A stretch of DNA of 64,000 bases from Leptolyngbyaceae cyanobacterium HOT.MB2.61 (lineage in GTDB: Bacteria > Cyanobacteriota > Cyanobacteriia > Leptolyngbyales > Leptolyngbyaceae). Below the pieces are notes generated by a model. It searched no databases and had not been told where the DNA came from. It saw only the letters and a program-made list of their open reading frames with translations. Below, piece by piece: positions 20,505 through 30,687 of this stretch. The DNA is taken from the NCBI GenBank assembly GCA_023511615.1, contig JAIMBL010000004.1:11478-75477 (forward strand). The letters run 5' to 3'. The translations under genes and the position numbers were made by a program. Positions within the stretch are counted from its first letter, which is position 1; every line of letters starts with the position of its first letter.

Positions 20505-21554
20505 ATGAAAGCGCAGGTGTTTCGGGGAGTTAATCAACTGAGTTACGAAGAAATCCCAACCCCGGAAATTTTGCCGGATGAGGTGCTGGTCCAGGTGAGG
20601 GTTGTGGGGTTGTGCCAGTCTGATATTAAAAAGATTCGCTATCCGCTCTACGAACCCCCGCGCATTTTTGGGCACGAAACCGCTGGAACTATTGCAGCGG
20701 TTGGTTCTGAGGTGAAGGGCTGGCAGGTGGGCGATCGCGTCGTCGTGTTGCACCACATTCCCTGTATGCACTGCGCTTATTGCCTCAATGACAACTTCTC
20801 CATGTGCGATGTCTACAAAAACATCACCACAACGGCTGGCTTTGCCCCCAGTGGTGGCGGGTTTGCAGAATATGTCAAAGTGCCAGGGCATATTGTGCGT
20901 AATGGCGGTTTGATGCAAATTCCCGATGGGATTACCTTTGAGCAGGCCAGTTTTGTGGAGCCAACCAATTGTTGCCTGAAGGCCGTCAAGAAAGCCCAGG
21001 TGCAACCCGGTCAAACCGTTTTAATTACTGGGGCGGGACCAATTGGGCTGATGTTTATCATGCTGGTGAAGTATTTTGGGGCACGGGCGATTGCCACGGA
21101 CTTGATTCCCAGCCGGGTTGAAAAGGCACTGGAAGTGGGTGCGGATGCGGCCTTTAATGCTCGCGACCCTGATTTGCCAGCCAAAGTTCATGGGCTTACC
21201 AGAGGGCTGGGGGTTGATACCAGCCTGCTGGCGGTTCCCAGCGAGAAGGCTTTCTTCCAGGCACTGGACTGCACTCGCAAGGGCGGCAAAATTCTCTTCT
21301 TTGCCGAATTTCCCGATGAGGTCGAAATTCCCATCAATCCCAACATCCTCTATCGCCGCGAGATCGACTTGATGGGCAGCTACAGTTCCTCCTTCCGGGT
21401 GCAACAACTGGCCGCAGACATTGTATTCAATAAATGGATTGATGTGGATGCGCTGGTGAGCGATCGCTATCCCCTGAAAGATCTGGCTGTCGCCGTAGAA
21501 CGAGCCGTTTCGCCAACTCCTGAAACCTATAAAATTCTAATTTATCCGCAATAA
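20505..21554 (+). CDS. zinc-dependent alcohol dehydrogenase family (MDR) oxidoreductase
   Basis: Catalytic Zn ligands (GLCQSD, GHETAG), structural Zn Cys cluster (CMHCAYCLNDNFSMC) and NAD(P) motif ITGAGPIGL. Confidence 0.85.
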   Translation: MKAQVFRGVNQLSYEEIPTPEILPDEVLVQVRVVGLCQSDIKKIRYPLYEPPRIFGHETAGTIAAVGSEVKGWQVGDRVVVLHHIPCMHCAYCLNDNFSMCDVYKNITTTAGFAPSGGGFAEYVKVPGHIVRNGGLMQIPDGITFEQASFVEPTNCCLKAVKKAQVQPGQTVLITGAGPIGLMFIMLVKYFGARAIATDLIPSRVEKALEVGADAAFNARDPDLPAKVHGLTRGLGVDTSLLAVPSEKAFFQALDCTRKGGKILFFAEFPDEVEIPINPNILYRREIDLMGSYSSSFRVQQLAADIVFNKWIDVDALVSDRYPLKDLAVAVERAVSPTPETYKILIYPQ

Positions 21555-21612
21555 TTGGGAGGGCAATTCTGAGCTAACTCTGCACCATGGAAAAGCATCT
21601 CTCACCATTGCG

Positions 21613-21692
21613 GGTAGTGCCCCAATCGTCGTGTTTTTTGAGTGGTTAATGATAGTGCTGATGCCATTCATCATTACCTTATCAGACCCACC
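21613..21692. repeat. family C dispersed repeat
   Basis: GGTAGTGCCCCAATCGTCGTGTTTTTTGAGTGGTTAATGATAGTGCTGATGCCATTCATCATTACCTTATCAGACCCACC. This is the most diverged of the four copies. Confidence 0.6.
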
Positions 21693-21797
21693 TCGTTATG
21701 AGAGATCAGCCAGTGCAGCCCTCTTCTACCTTCCTATCGCACCCTCAGCCGTTGCGAGTGAGGTGTGAGGAGATGTCTGCCTTATCCTGTGTGACTG

Positions 21798-23708
21798 ATG
21801 CCTGAAATTTACCCTCATAAGCTGTACTGGAACATTACCAATCCATCCAGTAGGATCGAAATGCTAGGAATTCGATGGGTTCTACACTATTCCGTGACGA
21901 TTTATCAGAAACTTCAACTGCGATCGCTCCCATTCCTGATAACCGGGCTGGCCAGTTTGCTGCTTTTGCTGTTATCCGGTTGCCACCCTTCTAACTTCCG
22001 CAGCCGGGCCGCCCAGGGTTCGCAGCTTGTATTGAGTGCGCTCACCGATCCCAAAACATTCAACTATGCAAATAATCAGTCCTTTCCCAACATTTTTTTG
22101 TTTGCCTACGAAGGGTTGACCCGTGAAAACGGAGTGACGGGAGAAGTGGAACCTGCTCTGGCGGAATCCTGGGAAATGTCAGCGGATAAAAAGCAGATTG
22201 TGTTTACCCTGCGCCAAGGGTTGAAATGGTCGGATGGACACCCCCTGACTGCGGATGATGTGGTTTTTACCTATCGGGATATTGTGGCTAACCCAGACAT
22301 TCCGACGGATGCCAAAGATAGTCTGCGGATTGGCCCCAAGGGGTTGTTTCCCCAGGTGCGCAAGTTGAGCGATCGCCGCGTCGAATTTCTGCTGCCAGAA
22401 CCCTTTGCCCCTTTACTGCGGGCCACTTCTGCTCCCGATGGCGTTTTGATCATGCCCAAACATGCGCTGGCAGAAACGTTGCGAACTAAGGGCTCAGATG
22501 GCAACCTGAAGTTTATTTCCACCTGGAATACGGATACTCCACCAGAACAAATTATCGTCAACGGTCCCTTTTTGCTGGAGAGTTACACAGCAGGTCAACG
22601 CCTTGTGTTTCGCCGCAATCCCTACTACTGGCGCAAAGATGCTCAGGGTAATTCACTGCCTTATATTGACCGGATTGTCTGGCAATTTGTGGAGAGCACC
22701 GATACCCAACTGCTCCGCTTTCGATCCGGTGATTTAGACGTAATGGGCGATTCCCGTCCCCTTCGCCCGGAATATTACTCGCTGCTGAAACGGGAAGAGA
22801 AGCGAGGCAACTTTCAGGTCTACAATGGCGGTCCCTGGTCGGGCATCCTCTACATGGCATTTAATTTGAACAAGGCCCAGGATGCTAGCGGTAAACCGAT
22901 TGTGGACCCCGTTAAATCCCGCTGGTTCAATAATCTGGCCTTTCGGCAGGCTGTGGCCCATGCGATTGATCGCGATCGCATCAACGTCAACCTGTTTCGC
23001 GGTTTGGGAGTCATTCAAAATTCTCCGATTTCAGTCCAGAGCCCCTATTTCCTATCACCCAAGGATGGCTTGAAGGTTTACGAATACGATCCACAAAAAG
23101 CGAAGGATCTTTTGTTGAAGGCTGGGTTTCAATACAATCACCAGGGACAACTACTGGATTCAGAGGGAAACCGGGTGCGGTTCACGCTGTTGACAAATGC
23201 CAGCAATCTAGTCCGGGTGGCGATCGGTTCCCAAATTAAGCAAGACCTGGCAAGAATCGGCATTCAAGTAGACTTTAACGCCATTAATTTCAACACCCTG
23301 GGCGACAAAATTTCGACAACGCGGGATTGGGATGCCCATATCATTGGCTTTACGGGTGGCATCGAACCCCACAGTTCTGCCAACTTTTGGATGAGCAATG
23401 GAGCCTCCCACTACTTCAATCTTGCTCCCCAACCGGGCCAACAGCCACCGATTCAGGGCTGGCAGGTAACGGATTATGAAAAGGAAATTGATCGCCTCTT
23501 CATCGCCGGAGCGCGGGAATTAGACGAAACCAAACGCAAAGCCATCTACGCCGATTTTCAACGCCTTGTGCAGGAGCAGCTTCCCATTCTGCTACTGGTG
23601 AATGACTCGGCCCTGATGGCAGCCCGCCATACAGTCGATGGCTTGAAATACACAGGCCTACCCAGTTGGGGATTATGGAATATCCACGAACTGCGGGTCA
23701 AGAAGTAG
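21798..23708 (+). CDS. ABC transporter substrate-binding protein, family 5 (peptide/nickel type), probable lipoprotein
   Basis: Lipobox LLLLLSGC followed by an SBP_bac_5-like sequence (LTDPKTFNY, GLTRENGVTGEVEPALAESWE, KWSDGHPLTADDVVFTY...). Start uncertain: ATG 21798 or ATG 21861. Confidence 0.8.
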   Translation: MPEIYPHKLYWNITNPSSRIEMLGIRWVLHYSVTIYQKLQLRSLPFLITGLASLLLLLLSGCHPSNFRSRAAQGSQLVLSALTDPKTFNYANNQSFPNIFLFAYEGLTRENGVTGEVEPALAESWEMSADKKQIVFTLRQGLKWSDGHPLTADDVVFTYRDIVANPDIPTDAKDSLRIGPKGLFPQVRKLSDRRVEFLLPEPFAPLLRATSAPDGVLIMPKHALAETLRTKGSDGNLKFISTWNTDTPPEQIIVNGPFLLESYTAGQRLVFRRNPYYWRKDAQGNSLPYIDRIVWQFVESTDTQLLRFRSGDLDVMGDSRPLRPEYYSLLKREEKRGNFQVYNGGPWSGILYMAFNLNKAQDASGKPIVDPVKSRWFNNLAFRQAVAHAIDRDRINVNLFRGLGVIQNSPISVQSPYFLSPKDGLKVYEYDPQKAKDLLLKAGFQYNHQGQLLDSEGNRVRFTLLTNASNLVRVAIGSQIKQDLARIGIQVDFNAINFNTLGDKISTTRDWDAHIIGFTGGIEPHSSANFWMSNGASHYFNLAPQPGQQPPIQGWQVTDYEKEIDRLFIAGARELDETKRKAIYADFQRLVQEQLPILLLVNDSALMAARHTVDGLKYTGLPSWGLWNIHELRVKK

Positions 23709-24131
23709 ATGCCGCATAAGTGCACCTCTGCTGGTCTGGGATGGCAGGTTGCTGCTTTTGTAAAGACAGCGGCCCGGTGGTAGCAGGCTTTTCTGGCAAA
23801 GGTTCAGTCCTGGACGATAATGCAGCCTTGCTATTTAATGGCGATACCAGTTATGCAGGTCAATTTTCAGCATTTCTTAGCATCGTTCTGAGAATTGGGC
23901 TTGGATTACGATTGGCAGTAAGCTGGTTTACAGCGGTTTATGTCGCTGGGTAACCCAGGAAACATAGCGATTTTCACTTCTATGAGGTACACCTCGCTTC
24001 CGTCCTGGCAGGGTGTCCTCCGTTGGAACAGAAATTGCTATCGTTAACACCCATCAGGCAGAGGGGTTCTGACTTCTGTTGGGGAAGCTAAACCTGGGAA
24101 AGCCACTCTAGGGTACTTGGAAGCGATCATT

Positions 24132-25367
24132 ATGGCAACCATCAACGATAATTACCTCAAACTCAAGGCAGGTTACCTATTTCCCGAAATTGCCCGGCGG
24201 GTGAACGCATTCGCCGAAGCAAACCCGGATGCCAGAATCATTCGGTTGGGAATTGGCGACGTCACAGAACCGTTACCAGAAGCCTGTCGCACTGCCATGA
24301 TTGCGGCAGTCGAAGAAATGGGCGATCGCGCCACGTTCAGAGGCTATGGCCCAGAGCAGGGCTATCCCTGGCTGCGGGAAAAGATTGCCGCCCATGATTT
24401 TCAGTCCCGCGGCTGCGACATTGATGCCTCTGAAATCTTTATCTCCGATGGCTCCAAGTGTGACACTGGCAACATCCTGGACATCTTTGGTAACGACAAC
24501 ACGATCGCGGTTACTGACCCGGTGTATCCCGTATACGTGGATACCAACGTTATGGCTGGACACACTGGAGAAGCGAACGAAAAAGGGGAGTACGCAGGAC
24601 TGGTTTATTTGCCAATCACTGCTGAAAATAACTTCACAGCAACGATCCCCACTCAAAAAGTGGATCTGATCTACCTCTGCTTCCCCAATAACCCCACGGG
24701 AGCAACGGCTACCAGAGAACACCTGCAAGCCTGGGTAGACTACGCCCGTGCTCACGGCTCCATTCTCTTTTTTGATGCGGCCTACGAGGCATTTATTACC
24801 GATCCAGCGATTCCCCATTCGATTTACGAAATTGAGGGAGCCAGGGAATGCGCGATCGAATTTCGTTCCTTTTCCAAAAATGCGGGTTTTACCGGCACCC
24901 GCTGCGCCTTCACCGTTGTACCCAAAACCTTGACCGCAAGGGCTTCCGATGGTTCTGATAGGGAACTCTGGAAATTGTGGAACCGTCGCCAATCCACCAA
25001 GTTCAATGGCGTCTCCTACATTGTGCAGCGGGGAGCTGAAGCAGTCTACTCCCCTGAGGGACAGGCCCAAACCAGAGCACTGGTCAGCTTCTATATGGAA
25101 AATGCCCGCATCATCCGTGAGCAGTTAATCGCGGCTGGACTGTCGGTTTATGGCGGGGTCAATGCTCCCTACGTCTGGGTCAAAACACCCCATGGTCTTT
25201 CCAGTTGGGACTTTTTCGATAAACTGCTACACACCTGCAATGTCGTAGGAACTCCTGGGTCTGGTTTTGGGGCGGCGGGGGAAGGCTACTTCCGCATCTC
25301 GGCCTTCAACAGCCGGGAAAATGTAGAAGAGGCCATGGAACGAATTACAGAGAAATTTAAGGCATAA
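24132..25367 (+). CDS. dapL: LL-diaminopimelate aminotransferase
   Basis: [56 protein letters not shown] and the PLP-lysine context [15 protein letters not shown]. Start set at ATG 24132. Confidence 0.92.
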   Translation: MATINDNYLKLKAGYLFPEIARRVNAFAEANPDARIIRLGIGDVTEPLPEACRTAMIAAVEEMGDRATFRGYGPEQGYPWLREKIAAHDFQSRGCDIDASEIFISDGSKCDTGNILDIFGNDNTIAVTDPVYPVYVDTNVMAGHTGEANEKGEYAGLVYLPITAENNFTATIPTQKVDLIYLCFPNNPTGATATREHLQAWVDYARAHGSILFFDAAYEAFITDPAIPHSIYEIEGARECAIEFRSFSKNAGFTGTRCAFTVVPKTLTARASDGSDRELWKLWNRRQSTKFNGVSYIVQRGAEAVYSPEGQAQTRALVSFYMENARIIREQLIAAGLSVYGGVNAPYVWVKTPHGLSSWDFFDKLLHTCNVVGTPGSGFGAAGEGYFRISAFNSRENVEEAMERITEKFKA

Positions 25368-25542
25368 CAACCAGGGTGGGCATTGTTCCACCCCGACTGC
25401 CAGTGAACGCTTGCAGCAAGAGAAACAACAGCTTCAGCAGGAGCGACAGCGAACTGAACGATTAGCTGCAAAATTACGCGAGTTGAGCGTTGACCCTGAA
25501 GCGATGTAGAAATGACGGGCGGTAGGTGACAGGCAACAGGGG

Positions 25543-27612
25543 TCAGGTGACAGATGACAGGGGTTCGATGTTAGAAGCATTGATGGGCAGGAGGGCTTCC
25601 GTCTGATTTGCGCTGCCATTTTCTGAAGGGTGGGTAATTGCCCGTTCCTGGTAGACCTTGAGATCAAACCAGAAGGTCGTTCCCTTACCGACTTCGCTGA
25701 CCAGATGCACCCGGCTGTGGTGCTTTTCGACGATGTTTCGAACAATCGATAGTCCCAAACCAGTACCTTCCAGGGTATGAACCCGGTTTTCAACCCGGAA
25801 GAACCGATCAAAAATGGCTTCCTGATCTTCGGGATCGATACCAATCCCGGTGTCTGCAACTTCCACTCGAACAAATTGAGGTGGATCATCCAGATCACCG
25901 GATGGGTCATGCATGGGGAAGGAGTCAGCAGGCGGCAGCAAAAATGGGCTGGTTGGTTTCTCAACGGTTGCCTGCTTCTTACCCAGCAGGTAAGCTCTCA
26001 TTGCCACCTTGCCACCGGGTTCGGTAAATTTCAAGGCGTTGCCAACCAGGTTTGTGAACACCTGAAGCAACAGGTCGTAGTGTCCCACGACGGGGGGCAG
26101 GTCTGGTTCAACGTCCTGAACCAGTTCAATCCCTTTATCTTTGGCATTGAGCTGGTAGGTACGCAGGGTCTGCTCAATCGGTTGTGCCAGATCCACCGCT
26201 TCCATCTGGTAGAGCTTGCAGGACTCCAACCGGGACAGATCCAGGACATCATTGACCAGGCGCGTAAGGCGGTCAGTTTCCCGGTTTGCAGTTTCTAGAA
26301 ATTCGCGCCGCTCTTCATGGCTGAGGTCTTCGCCGTATTCATACAGGGTCTCAATGAAAGACTTGATGTTGAATAGGGGCGTTCTCAACTCGTGGGAAAC
26401 ATTGCTGATGAACTGGCTCTTGGCTTCATTCAGTTCGGCTTCGCGGGTGATGTCTTGCACTGTCATGGCAATGCCCCTCACATTCTCACGGGCCAGATCC
26501 AGCACGGTTGTGAGCAGGATGCGGACGGTGCGATCGCCAGGATCTTTCAACGAAATCCGAAACTCCGCCCCTTCCCTCAATTCCCCCTTGGCAATTTGAT
26601 ACAGAGGGCGAGTAATCTCAGTTTGTACAGCAGCAGGCAAGAGATAGAGGATATTGGTGCCCTCAACGGTCTCTCCTTCCCAGCCGAACAGGCGCCGGGC
26701 AGTCGGATTGACCAGAATTACCTGAAGGTCCGTATCCAGCAGAATAGCTCCATCGGCAATGGTGGAAACCAGGGTTTCGAGCTTGGCTTTTTCAGCGGTG
26801 AGTTCTTCAATGTTTTGTTCTTCATACCGCTCCAGGCGCTCTGCCATGTCATTGAAGCTGGCAATCAGTTCGCCCAGTTCACCCCCCAGGGGAAGATCAA
26901 CCCGTTGCTTGAAGTTGCCAGAGGCGATATTCTTAACCCCGACCAGGAGCTCTTTGATCGGCTTGGTAATAGTGAGGGCATTGAACACGGCCCCCAGAAT
27001 CACCATCACCCAGATGGAGACGAAGACGGCGATCGTTACATCCCGTGTCAGATGAGAAGAGGTGACAACTGTCGGATTAGGGTTAGTCCCAATTGCCAGC
27101 ACTCCCTTGTACTGCCCTTCGTAAATTAAGGGCACAAAAACATCCGTCACTTCCCCATCCGGAGTAAGATGCTGCCGTACCATCGGCAGGTCGCTGTGTT
27201 CAGCGTAGTTCTCCGGCAAATGAATTTTGCGCCGAATGGTGAGGGAGTTCTGAACTTCGGACTCGGAGAAGGGAATGCCGAAGAAGATGTTGCCCTCTTC
27301 ATCGGCGTAGAGCATGTAGCGAATGCTGGAAGTGCTGCTGTAAAAGCGGTGGGAAAAGCGGGCCAGTTCAGTGCGATTGTTTTCCCCCACCAGGGGAGCG
27401 ACATTGGCTGCCAGCAGTAAGCCCAGGTCACGACCGAAGCGAGTATCGTTAAGACGGGCATCTTGCTGGATAGTATTGACCGCCCAAAAGGTCAGGCCGC
27501 TCATAGTCAGAGACACCACTAGCGTTGCTGCAGCCATCAACTTGGTCTGGAGGGTAAACTCCGACCACCAGCTAGCGATGGTTTCTCTGATCTTTTTCAG
27601 GAGAGCGAGCAA
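25543..27612 (-). CDS. nblS: two-component sensor histidine kinase NblS/Hik33 (Ycf26-type): TM-HAMP-PAS-HisKA-HATPase
   Basis: N-terminus WWSEFTLQTKLMAAATLVVSL..NDTRFGRDLGLLLAANVAPLV and SSIRYMLYADEEGNIFFGIP match my recollection of NblS/Hik33. HAMP region (IKELLVGVKNIASGNFKQRV), a PAS domain, H-box FISNVSHELRTPLFNIKSFIETL and N-/G-boxes are present. TTG start. Confidence 0.8.
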   Translation of the reverse strand: MLALLKKIRETIASWWSEFTLQTKLMAAATLVVSLTMSGLTFWAVNTIQQDARLNDTRFGRDLGLLLAANVAPLVGENNRTELARFSHRFYSSTSSIRYMLYADEEGNIFFGIPFSESEVQNSLTIRRKIHLPENYAEHSDLPMVRQHLTPDGEVTDVFVPLIYEGQYKGVLAIGTNPNPTVVTSSHLTRDVTIAVFVSIWVMVILGAVFNALTITKPIKELLVGVKNIASGNFKQRVDLPLGGELGELIASFNDMAERLERYEEQNIEELTAEKAKLETLVSTIADGAILLDTDLQVILVNPTARRLFGWEGETVEGTNILYLLPAAVQTEITRPLYQIAKGELREGAEFRISLKDPGDRTVRILLTTVLDLARENVRGIAMTVQDITREAELNEAKSQFISNVSHELRTPLFNIKSFIETLYEYGEDLSHEERREFLETANRETDRLTRLVNDVLDLSRLESCKLYQMEAVDLAQPIEQTLRTYQLNAKDKGIELVQDVEPDLPPVVGHYDLLLQVFTNLVGNALKFTEPGGKVAMRAYLLGKKQATVEKPTSPFLLPPADSFPMHDPSGDLDDPPQFVRVEVADTGIGIDPEDQEAIFDRFFRVENRVHTLEGTGLGLSIVRNIVEKHHSRVHLVSEVGKGTTFWFDLKVYQERAITHPSENGSANQTEALLPINASNIEPLSSVT

Positions 27613-27654
27613 GGGTCTTGAGGGGGTAGGAAGTGGACGAGTAATGGAGTAACA

Positions 27655-27720
27655 GAGTGGATGAGTGGATGAGTGGATGAGTTTTGAGTTCTAAGTTTTG
27701 AGTTCTAAGTTTTGAGTTCC
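27655..27720. repeat. short tandem repeats (GAGTGGAT x3, then GTTTTGAGTTCTAA x ~2.5)
   Basis: GAGTGGATGAGTGGATGAGTGGATGAGTTTTGAGTTCTAAGTTTTGAGTTCTAAGTTTTGAGTTCC, followed by the CTCACC-rich pyrimidine tract 27721-27751. It lies between the nblS start and the purD stop. Confidence 0.85.
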
Positions 27721-27795
27721 CACCTCACTCCTCACCTCTCACCCCTCACCTGACTAACCGCTAACGACCAACAACTAAGTAATAACTACTATATG

Positions 27796-29088
27796 TTAAC
27801 TGGCGGTCAATCGCGCGGTCTTCACCTGGTAACCGATGTCTCGTCGATAGTACATGTCATCAAAGTGGATGCAGTGAACAGCGGCATAGGCTTGGGCGAT
27901 CGCTTCATCAAAGGTTTCTCCCGTCGCGGTCACGCCCAGGACTCTACCGCCATCGGTAACGAGGGTTTGTTGTTTGAGTTGGGTGCCTGCATGGAAAACC
28001 AGGGCTCCCTGGGCTTCGGCATTGTCAATTCCCGTAATGGGTTGGCCTTTTTTAAAGGAGCCGGGGTAGCCTCCAGCCGCTACAACGACGCAGGCGGCAG
28101 CTTCTGGCTTCCAAGCCAGGGGAGGCATGTCTGCCAGACGTTGCTGGGCACAGGCGAGTAACAGGTCTTCCAGGGGTGTTTCAAGCAAAGGCAGTATGGC
28201 CTGGGTCTCGGGGTCACCAAAGCGACAGTTGAACTCAATCACTTTGGGGTCGCCCTGGGGAGTGATCATCAGTCCGGCATAGAGGACGCCCCGGTAGTCG
28301 ATGCCGTGCTTCTGGAGGGTGGCGATCGCCGGTTCCAGAATTTCCGCCTGAATCCGCTGCATCAACTCTGGGGTAACAATGGGGGCGGGGGCACAGGCGC
28401 CCATACCACCCGTGTTGGGTCCGGTGTCGCCTTCACCAATTCGCTTGTGGTCCTGAGCGGGTAGCAGGGGGCGAATGGTGACCCCATCGGTCAGTGCCAG
28501 AACGGAAGCTTCCTGCCCTGTAAGGCATTCTTCAATCACTACCAGCTTTCCCGCCTCACCAAACTGCCCACCAAAGGCAGCGGCGATCGCGGCTTCTGCC
28601 TCTTCCAGCGTTAATGCTACAGTCACCCCTTTTCCGGCTGCCAGCCCATCGGCCTTAACCACAATGGGCGCACCTTCAGACCGCACATAGGATATAGCTG
28701 CCTTCTCCTCGTTGAATACGGCTGCACGAGCAGTGGGAATTCTGGCCTCCAACATGAGTGCCTTGGCCCATGCCTTACTTGCTTCAATTTGGGCTCCAGC
28801 CCGGGTGGGCCCAAACACCGTTAATCCCTGCTCACTCAGAAAATCGGTAATTCCAGCCGCCAGGGGCACTTCAGGACCCACCACCACCAGGGAAATCCCA
28901 TTTACGAGAGCAAAACGGGCAATCCCTTCAAAGTCGCTCACACTCAATGCTAGATTTTGGCATCGCTTCATGGACGCAGTGCCCCCATTGCCAGGAACGC
29001 AGGTCACCTGCTGTACCTTAGGGGATTGCAGGAGTTTCCAGGCAAGGGCATGTTCGCGACCACCACTGCCGACTACCAGAACTTTCAC
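27796..29088 (-). CDS. purD: phosphoribosylamine--glycine ligase
   Basis: MKVLVVGSGGREHALAWKL (GTG start) and ATP-grasp motifs (VVKADGLAAGKGV, EFNCRFGDPE). Confidence 0.95.
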   Translation of the reverse strand: MKVLVVGSGGREHALAWKLLQSPKVQQVTCVPGNGGTASMKRCQNLALSVSDFEGIARFALVNGISLVVVGPEVPLAAGITDFLSEQGLTVFGPTRAGAQIEASKAWAKALMLEARIPTARAAVFNEEKAAISYVRSEGAPIVVKADGLAAGKGVTVALTLEEAEAAIAAAFGGQFGEAGKLVVIEECLTGQEASVLALTDGVTIRPLLPAQDHKRIGEGDTGPNTGGMGACAPAPIVTPELMQRIQAEILEPAIATLQKHGIDYRGVLYAGLMITPQGDPKVIEFNCRFGDPETQAILPLLETPLEDLLLACAQQRLADMPPLAWKPEAAACVVVAAGGYPGSFKKGQPITGIDNAEAQGALVFHAGTQLKQQTLVTDGGRVLGVTATGETFDEAIAQAYAAVHCIHFDDMYYRRDIGYQVKTARLTAS

Positions 29089-29236
29089 AATATATTTTCC
29101 GTCTAAATTATAAAAAGCGACTGAGCCAACAGCACTCAGCCAAACGCAATCAATTATGTCATGCTCCTATTATGGAATAGTCACCTGGAAGGATGAAAAG
29201 GTCAGAACCTGGATGATTGGTATTGGAGTGAGGCAG

Positions 29237-30670
29237 ATGGAGCGATCGCACCGGTATCGTAACTTAACTGTATGGCTGGTGTTACTGTCATGCTGGCTCC
29301 CGGCAGTGCAAACGCTGGCGCAATTCGATCAACCGATTCAGGTTGGCCCACCGGGACAGCCTCCCCAGCAGCCAGAGCTTAACCTGCCGCCCCAACCTGG
29401 TGAGGCGGAGGGCGATCGTCCCCGTCCAACTGCTCCTACCGATCAACCCGCCCCTAACGAACCCGTGGAAACCATTCCTCCCCTGGAACAGGAAAAGCCT
29501 GCTCCCAGGAAAGACGAGTTTCCCCCCAATCCGCTGAAACTCAAAATTCCCGACCCGCTTTTGCCAAAGGATGTTGACCGTCGCTCGCTGACTCCTGCAG
29601 AACGCAAGCGGTTGATTCCCCAGTTGAATCAGTTGGATGCCCAGGCAGCCGCGCAACTGAAAGCGGGCGATCGCGTTGGTGCCTTTGAAACCTGGAACCG
29701 GGAATTGCGGTTGCGGCGGTACCTGGGGCCAGTTGAAGAAGTCAAAGCCCTGGGACGGGTGGGCGACGTCGCCTGGCAAGAAAACGATACTCCCCAGGTG
29801 CGGTGGATCACGGAGCGACTGGATCAGATTTTTGCCCAGGCGAAAGCTCCTACCCCCGGCTTGGGCAACAATGTCAGCCTCAGCAAAGCCGACGTCGCCG
29901 ACCGGGTGGCACTCTTGGATGCCCTGGGCGTCGCCTATCAACAGGTCCGCCTGCCTCAATCCGCTGTTGCCGTATATGACCTGTTGCTGGTGGAGGCAAG
30001 ACAGCGGAAGGATGAGAAGAAGGTTGAAAGCACCCTGGTAACCCTGGGGCAGCTTTACCTGAACTGGTTCAACTATCCCAAGGCGGCGGAAACCTATAAA
30101 CAGTTGCTGGCGCGGGCCAGGGCCAGGAAAGACAGCCCCAACGAAATTGTCTACCTCACCCAACTGGCCTACATTTACGAACAGGCAAAGGAACCTGCGC
30201 AGGCCATTCCCTATCAGGAGCAACTGGTCAGCCTCTACCAGAAGCTAAATGACCCCAAACCGATTCCTGCCCTGCGAATTAAGATTGCCGACAATTACAC
30301 CGCCATTTCCCGCCTTGATTTAGCCGAACGAAACTATCAGGCAGCTTACCAGCTTGCCCAGCCCTTGTTGCAACTGGGTTATGCCGGTGATGCTTTGAAA
30401 AAACTCGGTGTCCTCTATCTCGATAACAACCGTCTGGATGCGGCCCTGCGGGTTTACAACTTTCTGGTGGGGGTGGAGCAGCAGGCTTACAACGTCTACG
30501 GCATGATGGACGCCTATGACCAGATTGGTAAAATCTACGTCTCGCGCAAAGCCTATCCGCAAGCTATTACTGCCTTTCAAAGGGGTTTGGCGCTGGCGAG
30601 ACAGTTGAAATACAAGGAAGACTACTTCACCACTCAAATTCAGCAAGTTTCTCAGCAGTCGAGCCAGTGA
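29237..30670 (+). CDS. secreted Pro-rich / TPR-repeat protein
   Basis: Signal-like N-terminus (LTVWLVLLSCWLPAVQTLAQ), a ~110-aa Pro/Gln-rich linker, then TPR-like helical repeats. Start set at ATG 29237, which is preceded by GGAGTGAGG. The track ORF starts at 29156. Confidence 0.7.
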   Translation: MERSHRYRNLTVWLVLLSCWLPAVQTLAQFDQPIQVGPPGQPPQQPELNLPPQPGEAEGDRPRPTAPTDQPAPNEPVETIPPLEQEKPAPRKDEFPPNPLKLKIPDPLLPKDVDRRSLTPAERKRLIPQLNQLDAQAAAQLKAGDRVGAFETWNRELRLRRYLGPVEEVKALGRVGDVAWQENDTPQVRWITERLDQIFAQAKAPTPGLGNNVSLSKADVADRVALLDALGVAYQQVRLPQSAVAVYDLLLVEARQRKDEKKVESTLVTLGQLYLNWFNYPKAAETYKQLLARARARKDSPNEIVYLTQLAYIYEQAKEPAQAIPYQEQLVSLYQKLNDPKPIPALRIKIADNYTAISRLDLAERNYQAAYQLAQPLLQLGYAGDALKKLGVLYLDNNRLDAALRVYNFLVGVEQQAYNVYGMMDAYDQIGKIYVSRKAYPQAITAFQRGLALARQLKYKEDYFTTQIQQVSQQSSQ

Positions 30671-30687
30671 CTCCCTTTCTCCACCGC

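Noticed and set aside
20499-21014. 171-aa minus-strand ORF
   Set aside because: It is antisense to the Zn-dependent dehydrogenase gene.
23720-23953. 77-aa GTG-initiated plus-strand ORF
   Set aside because: Cys/Gly-rich odd composition, no RBS and no recognisable family. The region is kept only as an unexplained non-coding gap.
24273-25070. 265-aa minus-strand ORF
   Set aside because: It is antisense to dapL, whose identity is unambiguous. No recognisable motifs.
26392-27129. 245-aa plus-strand ORF (and 25777-26298, 26216-26599)
   Set aside because: They are antisense shadow ORFs inside the nblS/hik33 kinase gene.
27655-27720. Possible CRISPR array
   Set aside because: The repeat units are only 8-14 nt and directly contiguous without spacers. 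There are no cas genes in the window.
29288-30223. 311-aa minus-strand ORF
   Set aside because: It is antisense to the Pro-rich/TPR gene. Its composition (Gly/Leu/Arg-rich) is typical of the reverse frame of Gln/Pro/Ala-rich coding DNA.
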